In this document: piece by piece, positions 45,234 to 58,214 of the stretch
How positions within the stretch are numbered: the stretch's first letter is position 1
Layout: each line of letters begins with the position of its first letter
Source of the DNA: Flectonema sp. DT1601
Taxonomy: Eukaryota
DNA: 64,000 nt
Reading direction: 5' to 3'
NCBI GenBank assembly: GCA_964019425.1
Contig: OZ025790.1
Span: forward strand, 1,302,001 to 1,366,000
The notes under the pieces: generated by a model
The model's database searches: none
Seen by the model: only the letters and a program-made list of their open reading frames with translations
What the model was told of the DNA's origin: nothing
Translations under genes and position numbers: made by a program

Positions 45234-46879
45234 ATGGGAAACTGCTCCGCTGGAGGGGGAGCAACCCCGCGACCTATTCGACAGAAAGGTTTTAAAAGAA
45301 CTGATTTACCAAAGTTTTTAGTCTTGATTGACAGCTGTACCATCAGAGAACGTCCCAACAGAGTCAGTCGGAGAGTGATGAAAGTATTCAAAGATGAAAT
45401 GGTAAAGTCAACTGGAAAGAAACTTCAAACTGGTGAAGACATCTGGTTGGAGGTCAGCCTCGGAAGTGGAAATGGCTGGGCGATTGCTACATCAGGAGAA
45501 TCAGTATTACTCGCACATGAGAATAGCGCAGAAGCAAAAGAAGCAATCCGACAACAGTCTTTAGTCAAATTTCAAGTCTTATCGGACAGGAGTTGTATAA
45601 GAGAACAACATGACAGACAAAGTGATTGCCTGGCAAGAGTCAGAAGAGATGACACCGTCAAAGCAACTGGAGAAGTCTTCGAAACTTCAGACCAACTCTG
45701 GATTGAAGTCTTATATTCTAACAACAATCACAGCACAGGTTGGGTACTTGTAAAAGATGGTGAGACACTTTTCCTTACGGAAGAAGACAGCCCTGCAGCT
45801 CAAAGTACAATGGACGACTCACTGCGAGTTAATGAAGTTTTGTTTGATGAACCTGAGTCACCACTAACTCCAAACATCCCTGAGATTTCATTGAGTTCCG
45901 CTACTTCTTCTCCATCTTCTGCACTTGGTCAAACAGCACCACAAGAGCATCCACCACCATCAGTACCACATGTGTCTACTTACAGTGAGTATGCATTCCC
46001 TGTTGAGGACGTGGAAGATCAACAAAATCTTCTCAATCGAAACATGTTTGGAAATGAGACTCTGCTTAGGTTATCAGCTCAAGGTAGAGAACCAGCGGCA
46101 CCTCCTTTGACATCTCCTGGAGCATCTCCACGACTATTAGTTAATTCTAACATGTTTGGAAATGCGACACTAAGTCGATTACGGGATCAAGGAGCATTGC
46201 CTTTAGCTCCACCGCTATCTCCGGATTCCAGTTCTCTTCAAATTCCGAGACCTCCAGAGACGGGATCTGCGAGGGTAATAAGAAATCAACTAGGTGAAGG
46301 TTTGATTCAATCTGAGCCAGCTTCTATGTTGCAGACAGAGTACACGGGGTCAACTCAACCATCACCAATTCACAGTAGTGGATTTGGGAATGCGACACTC
46401 ATTAGGCTACTTGAACAGGGTGTTGCTCCAGATGCACCTCTAGCACCTCATCAGGATGAACTTCCTACGCCAAGGCATCTACTTAGTGCTAACACTTTCG
46501 GAGCTGCGACTTTTGAACGTCTTCGCGAGCATGGTGTCGCTCCAGCTGCTCCCCCTGCTTTAGCCGCCTCTCGTTTTGGTCGGAGACATGCGCAGAATAG
46601 TCAACGATTTAGTGCTGTTTCTGCTGATGCGCCTGCTTCTGCACGGTCAAGTATCGTCAGGGGTGGGTCGGGATACATGGACTTACACCTCGACTTGGAT
46701 ATAGACAGTGATATCTTATCGCCGACTGGTTCTTTTATCATGGTATGTGTTGGTTTATTGTGTCGTGTGAATTTTTTAATTTTGGTTTTAAAAAATAAAA
46801 TAAAAAAAAACAGTCTGGGACTTTTGATCGAACCGTCTCTGTATTGCGCAATCAGAATGTTGCCATGGCAGCAGAGTAA
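45234..46879 (+). CDS. Putatively N-acylated protein with two SH3b-like repeats and four FGxxT repeats; exons 45234-46742, 46814-46879
   Basis: MGNCS start; duplicated F.VL.D.SC.IRE..VK.TG..W.EV..GW unit; intron GTATGT..AAACAG. Confidence 0.75.
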
Positions 46880-47475
46880 TTGTTCTCAATCACAGAGAGG
46901 TTCTTTCTCACCTGAGCGACGAGTTATCTACGCCCAATAAAATTCGCAACACGCATTTCTAAATATTTTTTGTCTCCGGTTGGCATGATTCACACCAACC
47001 GATGATGAAAAAAACGTTCAGATATCTTCTTCTTCTTTTCTTTGTGGATTATTTTTTATTATTTTTGTCTCCGGTATGACGATTTACTGTTAGGAGGCCA
47101 TTGTGCCCAATTTTCCGTTTCTTTATTTTTTTTTTCCCCCCCACGGCTTCTTACACAACAGTAAGACGTAGACTGCAGGGAGTACGTTCTCGTACCCTTA
47201 ACAAGCAGGGTCTGTTTTTTTTTTTTTTTTGCACCTTCTTACCTTTTTATTGAACAGTTTTTTGAAAAGTTGTTCTGACCGATTCGTAAAAATAAAGGTT
47301 TTAAAAAAAAAAAAAAAAAATTCAATTCATCTCTTCCCTTTTTAAAACCTGTGTAATTTGCTTTCCTTTTGTTGGGATGTAAAAAAAACGATTTTTTCTT
47401 TTCATTTTTCTTTTTTTAAATAGTTCTCACCAGGTTTGGGTTTTCGTGCGCAAGCATATAAATACCCTACATATT

Positions 47476-47506
<31 letters not shown>

Positions 47507-47637
47507 TTTTATTTTTCTTTTTTGCACCGGCGAAAAATCAGATTAAAAGCCGTTTTATTTTATTGTAGTTTTTCAGGTTATTACTGTCTGCGATTAATAA
47601 AAAATAATATTCTAACAAAATATTAAGGCTTATCTGA

Positions 47638-47668
<31 letters not shown>

Positions 47669-47755
47669 CAAAAAATGTTAAGTTTTTCTTCACGAATTGC
47701 GAGTGAGAAACGTTCTCTCTTAAGTTTGTTTGGGAAGGTGTTTGTCAAAGTCGGG

Positions 47756-47790
<35 letters not shown>

Positions 47791-49629
47791 GTTCTTTTCG
47801 AGGCTACAGATTTCTTGATCTGTGAAGAAAGTAACAAAAAAAAATAATCCTTACGAGGGTGTCAGTACTATCACTATTGTATTAGGGAACCCAAAGAGCT
47901 TTACTCACATTTGGTGACCTGTTGGACACTTTTTTTTTTTTTTTTTTTTTAAAAAAAATTGGCCGATCTAACAACGTATTAGGCTATTGTCTGAATGGGT
48001 TGCTGTTTTTGATCGGTTGGTTTTTTTTTTTTTTTTTTTTTTTTTTCTCTACGTGTTTTTTATTAAAACAGATTAATTAGCCATCGCAAGTGTTGGTAGA
48101 TTCCGGTGGTCTTCGGAAGTTTTTAAACTCCCCTGACTTCGATAAATAGGAAAAAAAAATTCTTAATAACCGTGTTAATGTTTCTTTCTCCTCCTGCAGA
48201 GTTTTCGTTTTTTTTTTTCATTTTTTTTTTTTTGGAGTTTTTTTAATGTACAGTGCTACTACACCAAAAAAAAAAACAGAAAAGTTATTTTTTTCGTGCA
48301 GAGTTTTTTACTTTTCTTGTGTTCAACAACTGAAAAAAACAGAAAAGTCTGTTTTTCTCGCATAAACTTTTTCAATGACGACAAACATGTGATTTGGTTC
48401 CTCTCTTAAAGGTTTTTTTTATTTGTTTTTTAATTATTTTTTATAAAACAATTTTAAAACCAAATAATCACTTTTTCTCTGGGCCTTTATTTAAATGCGA
48501 CAAGTTAATATTTTCCGTAATTTCTTTTTTTTTTTTTGGAAGTAATTAATTTGGTTAATATGCATTGAGGCGTTGAGGGAGAGTGATGGCTGACCTCCTT
48601 TTTTTTTTTTTTTTGTTTTTTTTTTGTTTTTTTTTTGTTTTCATAATTTACACGTTAAAGGGAACCCTCTCCCTCTTTCTGCAGATTTGTATTCTAACGC
48701 CAAACTTGTTTCCAAATGAGGAAAAACTTCTTCATTAGTAGACGAGTACTGTCTTGCGCACATTGCTTTTTTTTTTTTTCTCTTCTTTTTTTCCCCACCA
48801 TAAATTTATCCAAGCATTCTACACTGTTACAGGTAGCAATTTGCCCCAGGTCCCTCCTCCTTCCCGAACCTTTATTCAACGACATGTGTGGGATTTTATC
48901 GATACTAATTGTTGGTTTTTTTTTTACATGGCAAGCAGGCCGGTTTCAAGTTGCTTAACTGCGGCTACCCTCTGCCCTGGTCTGCTACGGAATCCCCGCA
49001 TTCGACTGAAATCTCATAGTTACTTCAAAAGACTGAGTAAAGCATCACACCTAGTCAATCTATCTGAAACTAATGTTAAGTTAATGTTGTTTTACGATAT
49101 AATACATTTGTATTTTACGTACGAAATCGAACAGTTAACCCCGCTGACAGTCAAGATTGTCGAAGAAATTGTTGTTCCTTTTGAGCTTAAGAATGCAGTA
49201 TCAAATTACCCTCTGAATCCCCGTATTCGGTTGAATAATCTTGTTGTCTCATTACTCAAATCCTTTCTGAGCAAAAAAAAAAATTATAAAAAGAATGTTA
49301 TTATTGCTGTTCCTCTTCGACAACGATTTCTTAGATACGAACACTTGTTTACTTTAGTTACGTACCATACATATCGTAGCCACTTGTGGGTTTTATCATA
49401 ACAAGCAGGTTTGGCTTTATATCTAATCACAGTATCAAAGTATCCCACCTGACAGTACGGTTTCTGGTCGATAAGAGAATACATTTTTTCCCCCTCCTTT
49501 TTTTTATGTTTTTTCGAACCTTTTCTCTGATTAACAACAACAAAAACATTTTTTCAGTCGAGTACTTTGATATTAATTTTTGTTTTAATACCTAAAGTTG
49601 TTACTGTTTTTACATTGTAAAAGTTTCAC

Positions 49630-49803
49630 GGCATGGGGCGTTCAACCTGTAGTACGTGGCCCCCGAATCCCCATATTCGACAGCACGTATGGGATTTTCA
49701 GCTGTTGGTGTCTTTTCATTGCAACCAGGTTTGGCCGAACCCTATTCTCGTTTTAGGCAGTTTCAAGTTACTTTCCATTTAATAATAGTATCAAGTTACC
49801 CCC
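49630..49803 (+). repeat. Dispersed repeat family B (about 180 bp)
   Basis: Close match to 61579-61762. Confidence 0.88.
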
Positions 49804-50315
49804 TCATGATGTTGATGTACATATTTTTCTTGTTTGGTGGGTTTCGAATCTGAAATTCCACCAATACCTGAAGTAGTGTTTTCACCAGAGAGAGAGAGAG
49901 AGATGAATTTTATTATTATTTGTTTTACAAAGTCAGACTAAAGAGCCGTTTTATTTATTTATGTCTGTATTATGGTTTTTTTTTTTTTTTTTCCTCCTCC
50001 TCTCCCTTTTTTTTCTTTTTGAAAGCAAGCTGTCCCGGTAGCGTCGTTTTCTTTTTCCTTCTTTTTCTGGATTCTGTTTTCCGTTGATTTCCTTTCCAAG
50101 GAAGTGCCTCCAATTAGGTAATTCTATCAAACGAATACAATACGTTTATAGGAATGGGATGATTGTTTTATTGTGTTGATTTCCTTTTTTTTTGACAGGT
50201 CTCCGATGTAACAATTACCCCTATTAGTGTATATTTTTAATTGACTGACAGGTCATTAGTACTATTTGAACAGGTCCTGAGTAGGTGTCCTTTCCCCTAC
50301 TTCACACTACTACAT

Positions 50316-51767
50316 ATGACACTACTGGGAAGTCTGTTCTTAGCTGTGGTTGGAATCCCTAAATCGTGTGTTGATAGTGATTTGTTTAATGGAGATACGA
50401 TTCGTCACACAAACCCGAGAGATGTGATTGTTTCTGGAGATGAGTTCAGAGCTTTCTTAGTCGGGGATTTCGGTGTTGATACCAAAGAAGTTTTAGGAAA
50501 GCAATTCTTAGATCATTTTGATGTTGAAAAAAGAAATGATCTCGCGAACCGAATGAAAGAACGAACCTCAGATCCGACTATTCGAAAACCTGATTTTGTT
50601 CTTAACGTCGGAGATAGTTTTTATCCTCAGGGAGTAAGAGACATTTCAAGTAGTCGTTTTAATACAACTTTTGAGTCTGTTTTTACACAACCAGATACCT
50701 ACTGGTACACGACACTTGGAAATCATGAATGGTACGGTAATAAGGGTGATAACAAAGGCACTCGCACGATGCTTCACTACACTGAACAAAATTCCCACAA
50801 CAGGTGGTGTCTACCAGACTACAACTATACTTTATCGGTTAAGGTGAATTCAGATTTTCAAGGAGAATCATTCAACGCTAAAATTGTATTCTTAGATACG
50901 TACAGTATTATACATCAAAACCCGACCGATTCCACTGACCCAACAGCGTACGGAGATGTTACGGCGTCAGAGCAGCTTAAGTGGGCAGAAGAACAGCTGT
51001 GTAACTCTATCAACCATGATTGGTTGATAGTAGTGACGCATTATCCAATGATCACGTCGGGTCCACGGATCCGAAAATCAAAAAAAAAATGGAATTCGAA
51101 ATTCATAAACAGCCTGAACGTCACTGATGATGTTAGAAAACTTCTACTAAATGAGTTCTCGTACGACCAGAATCAAGATTTTCGAAATGATGTGACTGAA
51201 AAATACCTGTTAAGCATATTAACAAAGTGTGGAGTTGATGCTTACATCAGTGGACACGAACACATGACTCAAATTATGACCCATGATGATAAATTATTAA
51301 TGATGTCGTATGGAGATATGGGAAATGGAAACATGAAGAAACTACTGACTGAAGACCCTTCGAAAACAGCATGTCAACTGACTGGTCTTTGTATTGCTTC
51401 TGAGAAAACTATTCAGGAGGTTTGGGGTGGGTCTTGGAAATCAGTTTTTCAGCATTACGATGGAGCGTTCGGAGATGTTAGAATTTCAAAATCGAAAATG
51501 ATTTTGAAAACGATTGACACTCGTGGAGTGATTGTGAATGCTTACACCCACACGAAGTCAATTACTAATTATGGTCTCTCAACTCTGAGTGATGATGGGA
51601 TGTCTTCATTAACGATATTCGTTATCGGGTTAGTCCTCTTGTTATTCCAACAAATTATATTTTGTGTTATTTATAAAAAACACATCTCACCAGTTCACAA
51701 TAAGACATCTACCGCACCCTATGTTATGGAGAGGTCGGTTAATGGTGAGACTGAGGCCGAAGTTTGA
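50316..51767 (+). CDS. Purple / tartrate-resistant acid phosphatase-like metallophosphoesterase, membrane anchored
   Basis: GDFG, GDSFY, GNHE, THYP and GHEH motifs; signal peptide and C-terminal TM segment. Confidence 0.88.
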   Translation: MTLLGSLFLAVVGIPKSCVDSDLFNGDTIRHTNPRDVIVSGDEFRAFLVGDFGVDTKEVLGKQFLDHFDVEKRNDLANRMKERTSDPTIRKPDFVLNVGDSFYPQGVRDISSSRFNTTFESVFTQPDTYWYTTLGNHEWYGNKGDNKGTRTMLHYTEQNSHNRWCLPDYNYTLSVKVNSDFQGESFNAKIVFLDTYSIIHQNPTDSTDPTAYGDVTASEQLKWAEEQLCNSINHDWLIVVTHYPMITSGPRIRKSKKKWNSKFINSLNVTDDVRKLLLNEFSYDQNQDFRNDVTEKYLLSILTKCGVDAYISGHEHMTQIMTHDDKLLMMSYGDMGNGNMKKLLTEDPSKTACQLTGLCIASEKTIQEVWGGSWKSVFQHYDGAFGDVRISKSKMILKTIDTRGVIVNAYTHTKSITNYGLSTLSDDGMSSLTIFVIGLVLLLFQQIIFCVIYKKHISPVHNKTSTAPYVMERSVNGETEAEV

Positions 51768-51846
51768 TAAAAAATTGTGAATACGACACGCGCAACCAGA
51801 AAACAAACATATGAAGGTAGAGTTAGCTCACGGTGCTGATCGAAAC

Positions 51847-51959
51847 TTTTGTTTTGTGTCACGAAAACCCGTGAACCGACTTTAAACTGATAAAGCTAAA
51901 GGAGGTTTACGTGCTGCCAACATTCTTTTTTTCGTTCTTAAGCAATACTTGTTTAAGTG
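51847..51959 (-). repeat. Dispersed repeat family A, reverse copy
   Basis: Reverse complement of about 13696-13806. Confidence 0.85.
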
Positions 51960-52454
51960 TGAAAACATTTTTTCTCTTTTTTTTACACCGACAAAAATAT
52001 TTATTAATGTCAAATGTTATCTATTTCTCTGGGAAGTATTGCAGTCTGCGATCAACAAAATATTTTAGTTTATCTGTATTTTTATCAATTGACCCTATCG
52101 CAGGGTTGCTGAATGAATTTTTTTTTTTTTTTAAATTGATTCGAAGAAAGAACAACATTCTGTTATGGTTTTTATTTTATTGAGTTGCTATTAAAAAAAA
52201 AAAAACTCTCATTGTATTGTTGCTAAAAGCACTGATTCTTTTCTTACAACAGGAAATCAAAAAAGATGAGTAAATCTAATTAATTACTTACAAACGTTTA
52301 ATTTTTATTTTAATTCTCAGCTCGTTAAAAAGTATTAATTTATTTTTTTATCGTCAACAAACAGTGAGAAACGGGGGAGAAGAGAAAAAAAAAAAAAAAA
52401 AAAAAAAAAACGGAAAAAAACTGAAAAAAAAAAAAATATAACAACAAAAGAGGA

Positions 52455-55194
52455 ATGAAAAGACGAAAATGGAGCACCACGAGGATAGTTGCTGTGCTGC
52501 TCCTTCAGACTGTTGGTTCCCTAGCCGTAGATCTGTTAGTGTCATCTCCTGGAACTAAGGGAAGGGTATCTCGATATCGTAACGGAGGAGTATTAGTTGA
52601 ATACTGGAGTGAATCTGAAAAAGTCTGCACCAGTTATATTCTTGTACCCGCAGAGAGTATGTGGCATCCTATATTGAGAACAATCCTGTACTTTATGGGA
52701 TTAGTTTATTTATTTATGGGGATAGCAATACTCGCTGATGTGTTTATGATGAGCATCGAGAGAATAACTGCAGACAAGATAAAAACTATCATCGATGATG
52801 GGGGAGTTCCTTGCAAAGTTCGTGTGACAGTCTGGAATGCGACGGTTGCGAATCTAACTCTGATGGCTTTAGGTTCGAGTGCTCCTGAAGTCTTACTCTC
52901 AGTAATTGAAGCTGTCGGTACTCTTGATTCCCGACCAGGTGAACTCGGACCGTCAACAATTGTTGGATCCGCTGCTTTCAATCTTTTAGTAATTTCAGCT
53001 ATTTGCGTCATCGCTGTTAAAGAACCAAAGAGAATATCTGAACTCGGGGTATTCTTATTGACTGCTACAGCATCACTACTCGCATACGTATGGCTCATTG
53101 TTACTCTTTCGATATGGACACCCTGTGAGATAACAATCACAGAGGGTGTATTGACTTTATTAATGTTTCCGTTATTAGTAGGGGTTGCGTATCTTCAAGA
53201 CCGTGGATGGTGTAAAAAGAAATCAACTGTGAGAAGAGCGAGTAGGGTTGTGAGTGCTGAGATAATTAGACAGGAGAGTACTAGAAGGTCAAGCAAAGCA
53301 AAGCAAATATGGAATTTATTAAAAAGTCCGGGGAAGTCAGAAAACAGCGAACTCCAGTCGGAGGGATCATTCGGAATGAGGGCGACGAATCCTTTAGCGA
53401 GTGAGGGGTTTACAGAGTTGAGTAAAATCGCAACAGGAAGTCCTCCTCCGTCACCGAATCGGACGACTTCTATTCATAAAATCAAAAGAAGTAAACCATC
53501 TGATGTTTCTGGTATCAAGTTCTCAGATAGTACTAACCAACCTCAACATCAACAAGTAGTTCTCGAATGGGAAATGCAACACTACACTCTCGAACCTGAC
53601 AACATGACTGTTGTCCTTGGTCTGATCAGACACGGTCCTGACGATACTACCGTCACTGCAAAATATGAAACCCAACCCGCAACAGCTAAAAAAGACATCG
53701 ACTACGCTGTTTCAACTGGACACATAATAGTAGAAAAAGGTAGGAATAGAGGACACTTGAAAATAAATATACTGAGGAGTGTGGCAGAGGTTTGTTCGTT
53801 TCTTCAAAAAAAAAAAAACAACACAACACAACACAACACACACACACAAAAACACATCACTAAACACAGACTCTTACATTCATAGTAACGCTGCAATCTG
53901 CAGGTGGAGGAGCTATACTGGGTCACATTATTCAAACAACTGTTTGCATTGCTGCTGTTCAGGCTGAACTTTGCTTCGTTCCTGTTTGGTTTCCGTTTTA
54001 TAATTATCCATCAATCGTGAGAGGAATTATCTGTCTTGAGGTGGGTGAGAATGCGAAAGTGGTATGTTAACCTTTTAATATTTTGGATGCAAACTTCCAG
54101 ACGAGAGGGATCGTTTATCCTTTCTAAAAAACACCACACGGCTAAGCTAATTATCACTATTCAAAACTACTAATCAACAGGTCCCGATTGTAGTCGGCCG
54201 CAGTGGATCTCTGAATGAAAGATCTGTGTGTTTGGTGAAGACTGTCGCAGTTACCGCTGAGAGGGACACCGATTTCATTGTTTTTGAGAGGGAATTAGTT
54301 TTTACAAAAGGAGTCAGAACTATCACTACGATGCTTCAGTTAATTGACACGAAATCATTTGAGAAAAGAAAGCTACTTGAGGTCCGTCTTGGTAGCATTG
54401 AGGGTTCTAGAATTGCTCAGGCAAGTAGCTTAAATGTTATCATCACGGAGGATTCACAAGCAAAAACAATCGTAGATAGAGTTATTGAGAATTTACCTTC
54501 CATTTCAGCTCAAGACTTAACACGGTCGTCGTGGTCAGGTCGATTTCGTAGTGCGATTGCTATTCAAAGTGGTTTGTCATCGTTGGAGTATGCGACTTAC
54601 TTATCGACGTTGTTTTGGAGGGTTATTTCAGCTTTTATTCCTCCGGTTCATTATGCTGGTGGATGGTTTACTTTTATTGTTGCGTTGATTTTCATTGGAA
54701 TGGTCACTGCCGTTGTTGCTGAGCTTGCTGGGCTTTTTGGATGCGTCATTGGACTTCGTGATCCTGTCACGGCAATCACATTTGTTGCTTTGGGAACATC
54801 TCTACCAGACACACACGCTTCAAAAACCGTCGCTGAAGAAGAAGATACTGCAGACTCAGCGATTGGAAACATTACAGGTTCAAACTGTGTTAATGTTTTC
54901 CTTGGTCTAGGAATACCTTGGTTCATAGCATCCATATATAAAAGTACAAAGGGAGAGAGATACACCTATCCTGCTGGTGATCTTGTTTATACAGTAGCGT
55001 TGTATCTCTGTTGTTCTATAATTGGTATTGGTCTTCTACTAACTAATCGATATGTTTATGGAGGTGAGTTGGGAGGTCCTAAGAGATATGTCGTCGCATT
55101 GTTCTTAATTTTGTTGTGGATATTCTACGTCGTTATGTCATCGCTTAAGGTCTATGGTCATATCGGAACTATTAAAAAACCTGGTGATTGTTGA
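52455..55194 (+). CDS. NCX: Na+/Ca2+ exchanger with Calx-beta domains; exons 52455-53789, 53870-54061, 54181-55194
   Basis: Alpha-1 NLTLMALGSSAPE..IVGSAAFN; alpha-2 FVALGTSLPD..GNITGSN; both introns keep the frame. Confidence 0.92.
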
Positions 55195-55199
55195 GATTT

Positions 55200-55230
<31 letters not shown>

Positions 55231-55237
55231 CCAATAT

Positions 55238-55412
55238 GCATTTAACAAGTACTGTTTAAGAACGAAAAAAAGAATGTTGGGCAGCACATGTAAACCTCCT
55301 TTAGCTTTATCAGTTTAAAAGTCGGTTTACGGGGTTTTTTCGTGACGCGAACAAAATACATCAACGAAGTTGTTATATTACTGTATTTTTGTATAGTTTA
55401 AGATAAAGCCAA
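55238..55412 (+). repeat. Dispersed repeat family A
   Basis: Close match to 13696-13848. Confidence 0.85.
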
Positions 55413-56289
55413 TTCTTTTTTTACCCGCTCCCCTTAGTTATGTTATTTGAAAAAAACTTTTTGTATTCACTTGGAAAACTCCTTTACAGGAGTTTTTTTT
55501 TCTTTTTTTCTTTCTTTTTTCTGTTCATTATACACATATTACCCTTTGGCCAAAAAAATTGGCCAAGCTTCGCTTTTCTTTTTTTTACTTTTTTTTTTCC
55601 TCAACACTTTTTGTTTTGTTTTGTGCGTTACCAGGGGTTCAAAATCCTAATGAAGACGTGTTAGTTCGCTGAACGTTCTCTTTCTACCGAAAACAATTGT
55701 GTTTTTGTAGGCATAAAGAAAAGGAAAACAAAAAAAAATTTTTTTTTAAGCTAAGGAGGAATTCTTTATTTCTCGTTACCCAATATTTATGCTCTTGTTT
55801 GCGAGCATTATTCTCTTCTTTGAGCTTAATTTTTTTTTTAATTTTCTTTTGTGGTTTGCTGACTCTACTAGAGAGGCAACGGTTGTCAGGAGTTCAATTA
55901 GGTTCACCTTCACAGGTTAACTTTTTATTTATTTATTTTTCTGACCTTTGGTTGTACTTATTTACCCCTCCTACTCTTCCTTTTTCTCTTCTCCCCCTTT
56001 TCCGTGTTTTTACGGTTTTCTTGTTTTAGGAAGCTACTGCCTTGAAGTGAGAAGAAGGGGGGAAGGTGAGTAGTTTTTTTTTAAATTTTTATTTTTATTA
56101 TTCCTTTGTAAGCTAATCGGAGATCAACTGAAAGCTAATTCGGTGTTTTGAAACAGCTCATCGACAGGGGGGGTACTTTGTGTAGTCATTCCTGACTACA
56201 TTTAATGGAAATAAAAGAAGTATTCTAACTCGGCTGTTGTTGTTGTTATCGTAACTCATCTTCAGAAAAAAAACAAAAATAAAAAAAAA

Positions 56290-57387
56290 ATGAAGAGGGC
56301 AATGTCAGCATGTATTCAGAGAGCAGGAAAGGGGCTCGATTACCAATTCGCTAGTGACAACACCACTGGGTGTCATAGTCAAGTCATGGAGGCAATGCAA
56401 ATGGCGAATTCTGTTTCCGCTCCACCATACGGTGATTGTGAATTCTCAAAAACAGCATCGACCATGTTGAAAACAGAATTAGGATTGAAAGAGGACGATG
56501 CCCATGTCAGATTTGTTGCTTCCGGAACAGGTGGTAATGTCCTGTGCTTGTCAATGGCATGTTCGAGACCCTATCACAGCATTATTGTATCAGAATGTGC
56601 GCATGTTGCAAACTATACCGTCGGAGTTTGTGAAAACATAATAGGATGCAAAGTTAACATCATAAATGAGAATAAGATAACTGCTCCGCTCTTAAACAAA
56701 CTACTAGAGAGTAGTGCTGTATACCCGGAGTACTCAAGCATTCCAAAGGTTGTGTCTCTCACTCAACCAACTGAATACGGTGATGTTTATACCATACAAG
56801 AAATGAATGAAATAAAAGAAATTGCGAAGAAATTTAATATTTTTATTCATGTTGATGGAGCAAGGATTGCCAGTGCTTGTGTTGCATTGTCAGAGCAAAT
56901 GAACAAACCGTCTGAGGATATATTAAAAGAGATTTGTGAGATTGCTGACCTGGTCACCTTTGGAGGTGCTAAGAATGGTCTTGGAACAGTAGAGGCTGTC
57001 GTTATTAAAAAGAATGTTTGCGAATCAATCATTGAAGTCAAGGCTGCTATGAAGCAAATCGGATTAGTTGTTTCCAAAACAAGATTATTATCAAGTCAGT
57101 TTATCGCATATTTATCTGATAAGCTGTGGCTAAGTAGTGCTGAAGCTTCTCACAAAGCTGCTTTAAACCTCTTCAGGCTGATTGAATCGAAAACCATTAA
57201 ATCCTCACCACCCGTAACTAATCAACTGTTTGTGACGATATCGAAATCTCAACTTACGTCTTTGCAGACAAAGTTTGCAGTTTATCCTTGGGGAGATGAA
57301 ACAGAGGATGGAAATATTCCTATTAGAATAGTTACGTCGTGGAATACTAGTGAGGAAGCGTGTAGTCAGTTCTGTGATTTACTGTAA
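56290..57387 (+). CDS. ltaE: Low-specificity L-threonine aldolase
   Basis: FASDN, SGTGGN, TQPTEYG, HVDGARI, and PLP lysine in GGAKNG. Confidence 0.88.
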   Translation: MKRAMSACIQRAGKGLDYQFASDNTTGCHSQVMEAMQMANSVSAPPYGDCEFSKTASTMLKTELGLKEDDAHVRFVASGTGGNVLCLSMACSRPYHSIIVSECAHVANYTVGVCENIIGCKVNIINENKITAPLLNKLLESSAVYPEYSSIPKVVSLTQPTEYGDVYTIQEMNEIKEIAKKFNIFIHVDGARIASACVALSEQMNKPSEDILKEICEIADLVTFGGAKNGLGTVEAVVIKKNVCESIIEVKAAMKQIGLVVSKTRLLSSQFIAYLSDKLWLSSAEASHKAALNLFRLIESKTIKSSPPVTNQLFVTISKSQLTSLQTKFAVYPWGDETEDGNIPIRIVTSWNTSEEACSQFCDLL

Positions 57388-57539
57388 GTGGTTCTTATCA
57401 AAATATTGAAAAACAAATAAAATAACAGAAGAAACCCCCCGCGTGCTGTGGTTTCCTTATTAACACAATTCGTGTACTTAGATCTCTGTTTGTATATCTG
57501 TCTGTCTGCTTTCGTATTATTTTTATCTTCAATGCAGAT

Positions 57540-58214
57540 ATGCTGTTCTTGAATACAATAAAATGGTTTTGTGTTTCTCAAGTACCAGTTGAGGATGCGG
57601 GTTCGTCATCGTCGGGTTCATTTACTGGAGTTCAGGGATGGAAGGATCATCATACCGTGTGGGTTGGAATTTTAGTAGCATCGCTGTGTGGATGTATCAT
57701 TTGTGGAAATCTTTATAAATGGAGAAAGGAAAAGAAATTACGAATAAGTCATTTGCACACCGATGCTGCGAAGTTGTTGGGTGATGAGATTCAATCTGGT
57801 GCCGCTTTAGCGAAAGATGTCGCAAAACTTGCGAAACTAGACGAAGTTGCGAGAGTGACAGGAATCACTCAAGGAGCTCATCTATTAGCTGGAGCTGCTC
57901 GTAAAGTAATCCGAAAAGATAGCATTAGTGGACTTGCTGTTGAAGATATCCAACTTCCAATCATACCTGACTTCGCAGATGACGAAGAGAAGGCCGCCAT
58001 CATCGAAGAACTGATCACAAAAAGACGTTATCCTGTAATTAAAGAAGACAGTGATGAAGACGATTCCACGACTGTCGTTTCAGTACTTCCTACTTCTAGA
58101 GTCTCAGCTGGTCGAGGTAATATTATGTTTCCACCTGTTCCTCCAACAGTTTCATCTTCTGTTAAGGCGAAGCCTCTTGTAACTGCCATGAAGACAGTCC
58201 GTGTTGTGACTTAG
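57540..58214 (+). CDS. Single-pass membrane hypothetical protein
   Basis: 224-aa ORF with TM segment VWVGILVASLCGCIICG. Confidence 0.6.
   Translation: MLFLNTIKWFCVSQVPVEDAGSSSSGSFTGVQGWKDHHTVWVGILVASLCGCIICGNLYKWRKEKKLRISHLHTDAAKLLGDEIQSGAALAKDVAKLAKLDEVARVTGITQGAHLLAGAARKVIRKDSISGLAVEDIQLPIIPDFADDEEKAAIIEELITKRRYPVIKEDSDEDDSTTVVSVLPTSRVSAGRGNIMFPPVPPTVSSSVKAKPLVTAMKTVRVVT

Noticed and set aside
46950..49600. ORFs in the homopolymer-rich region (e.g. 48754-49401), likewise 32400-35300 and 61800-64000
   Set aside because: Low-complexity Phe/Lys-rich translations of poly(T)/poly(A) runs and repeat fragments.
56290..57387. Threonine aldolase as a novel horizontal transfer
   Set aside because: It looks bacterial-type, but its composition matches host genes and its origin cannot be judged without a phylogeny.
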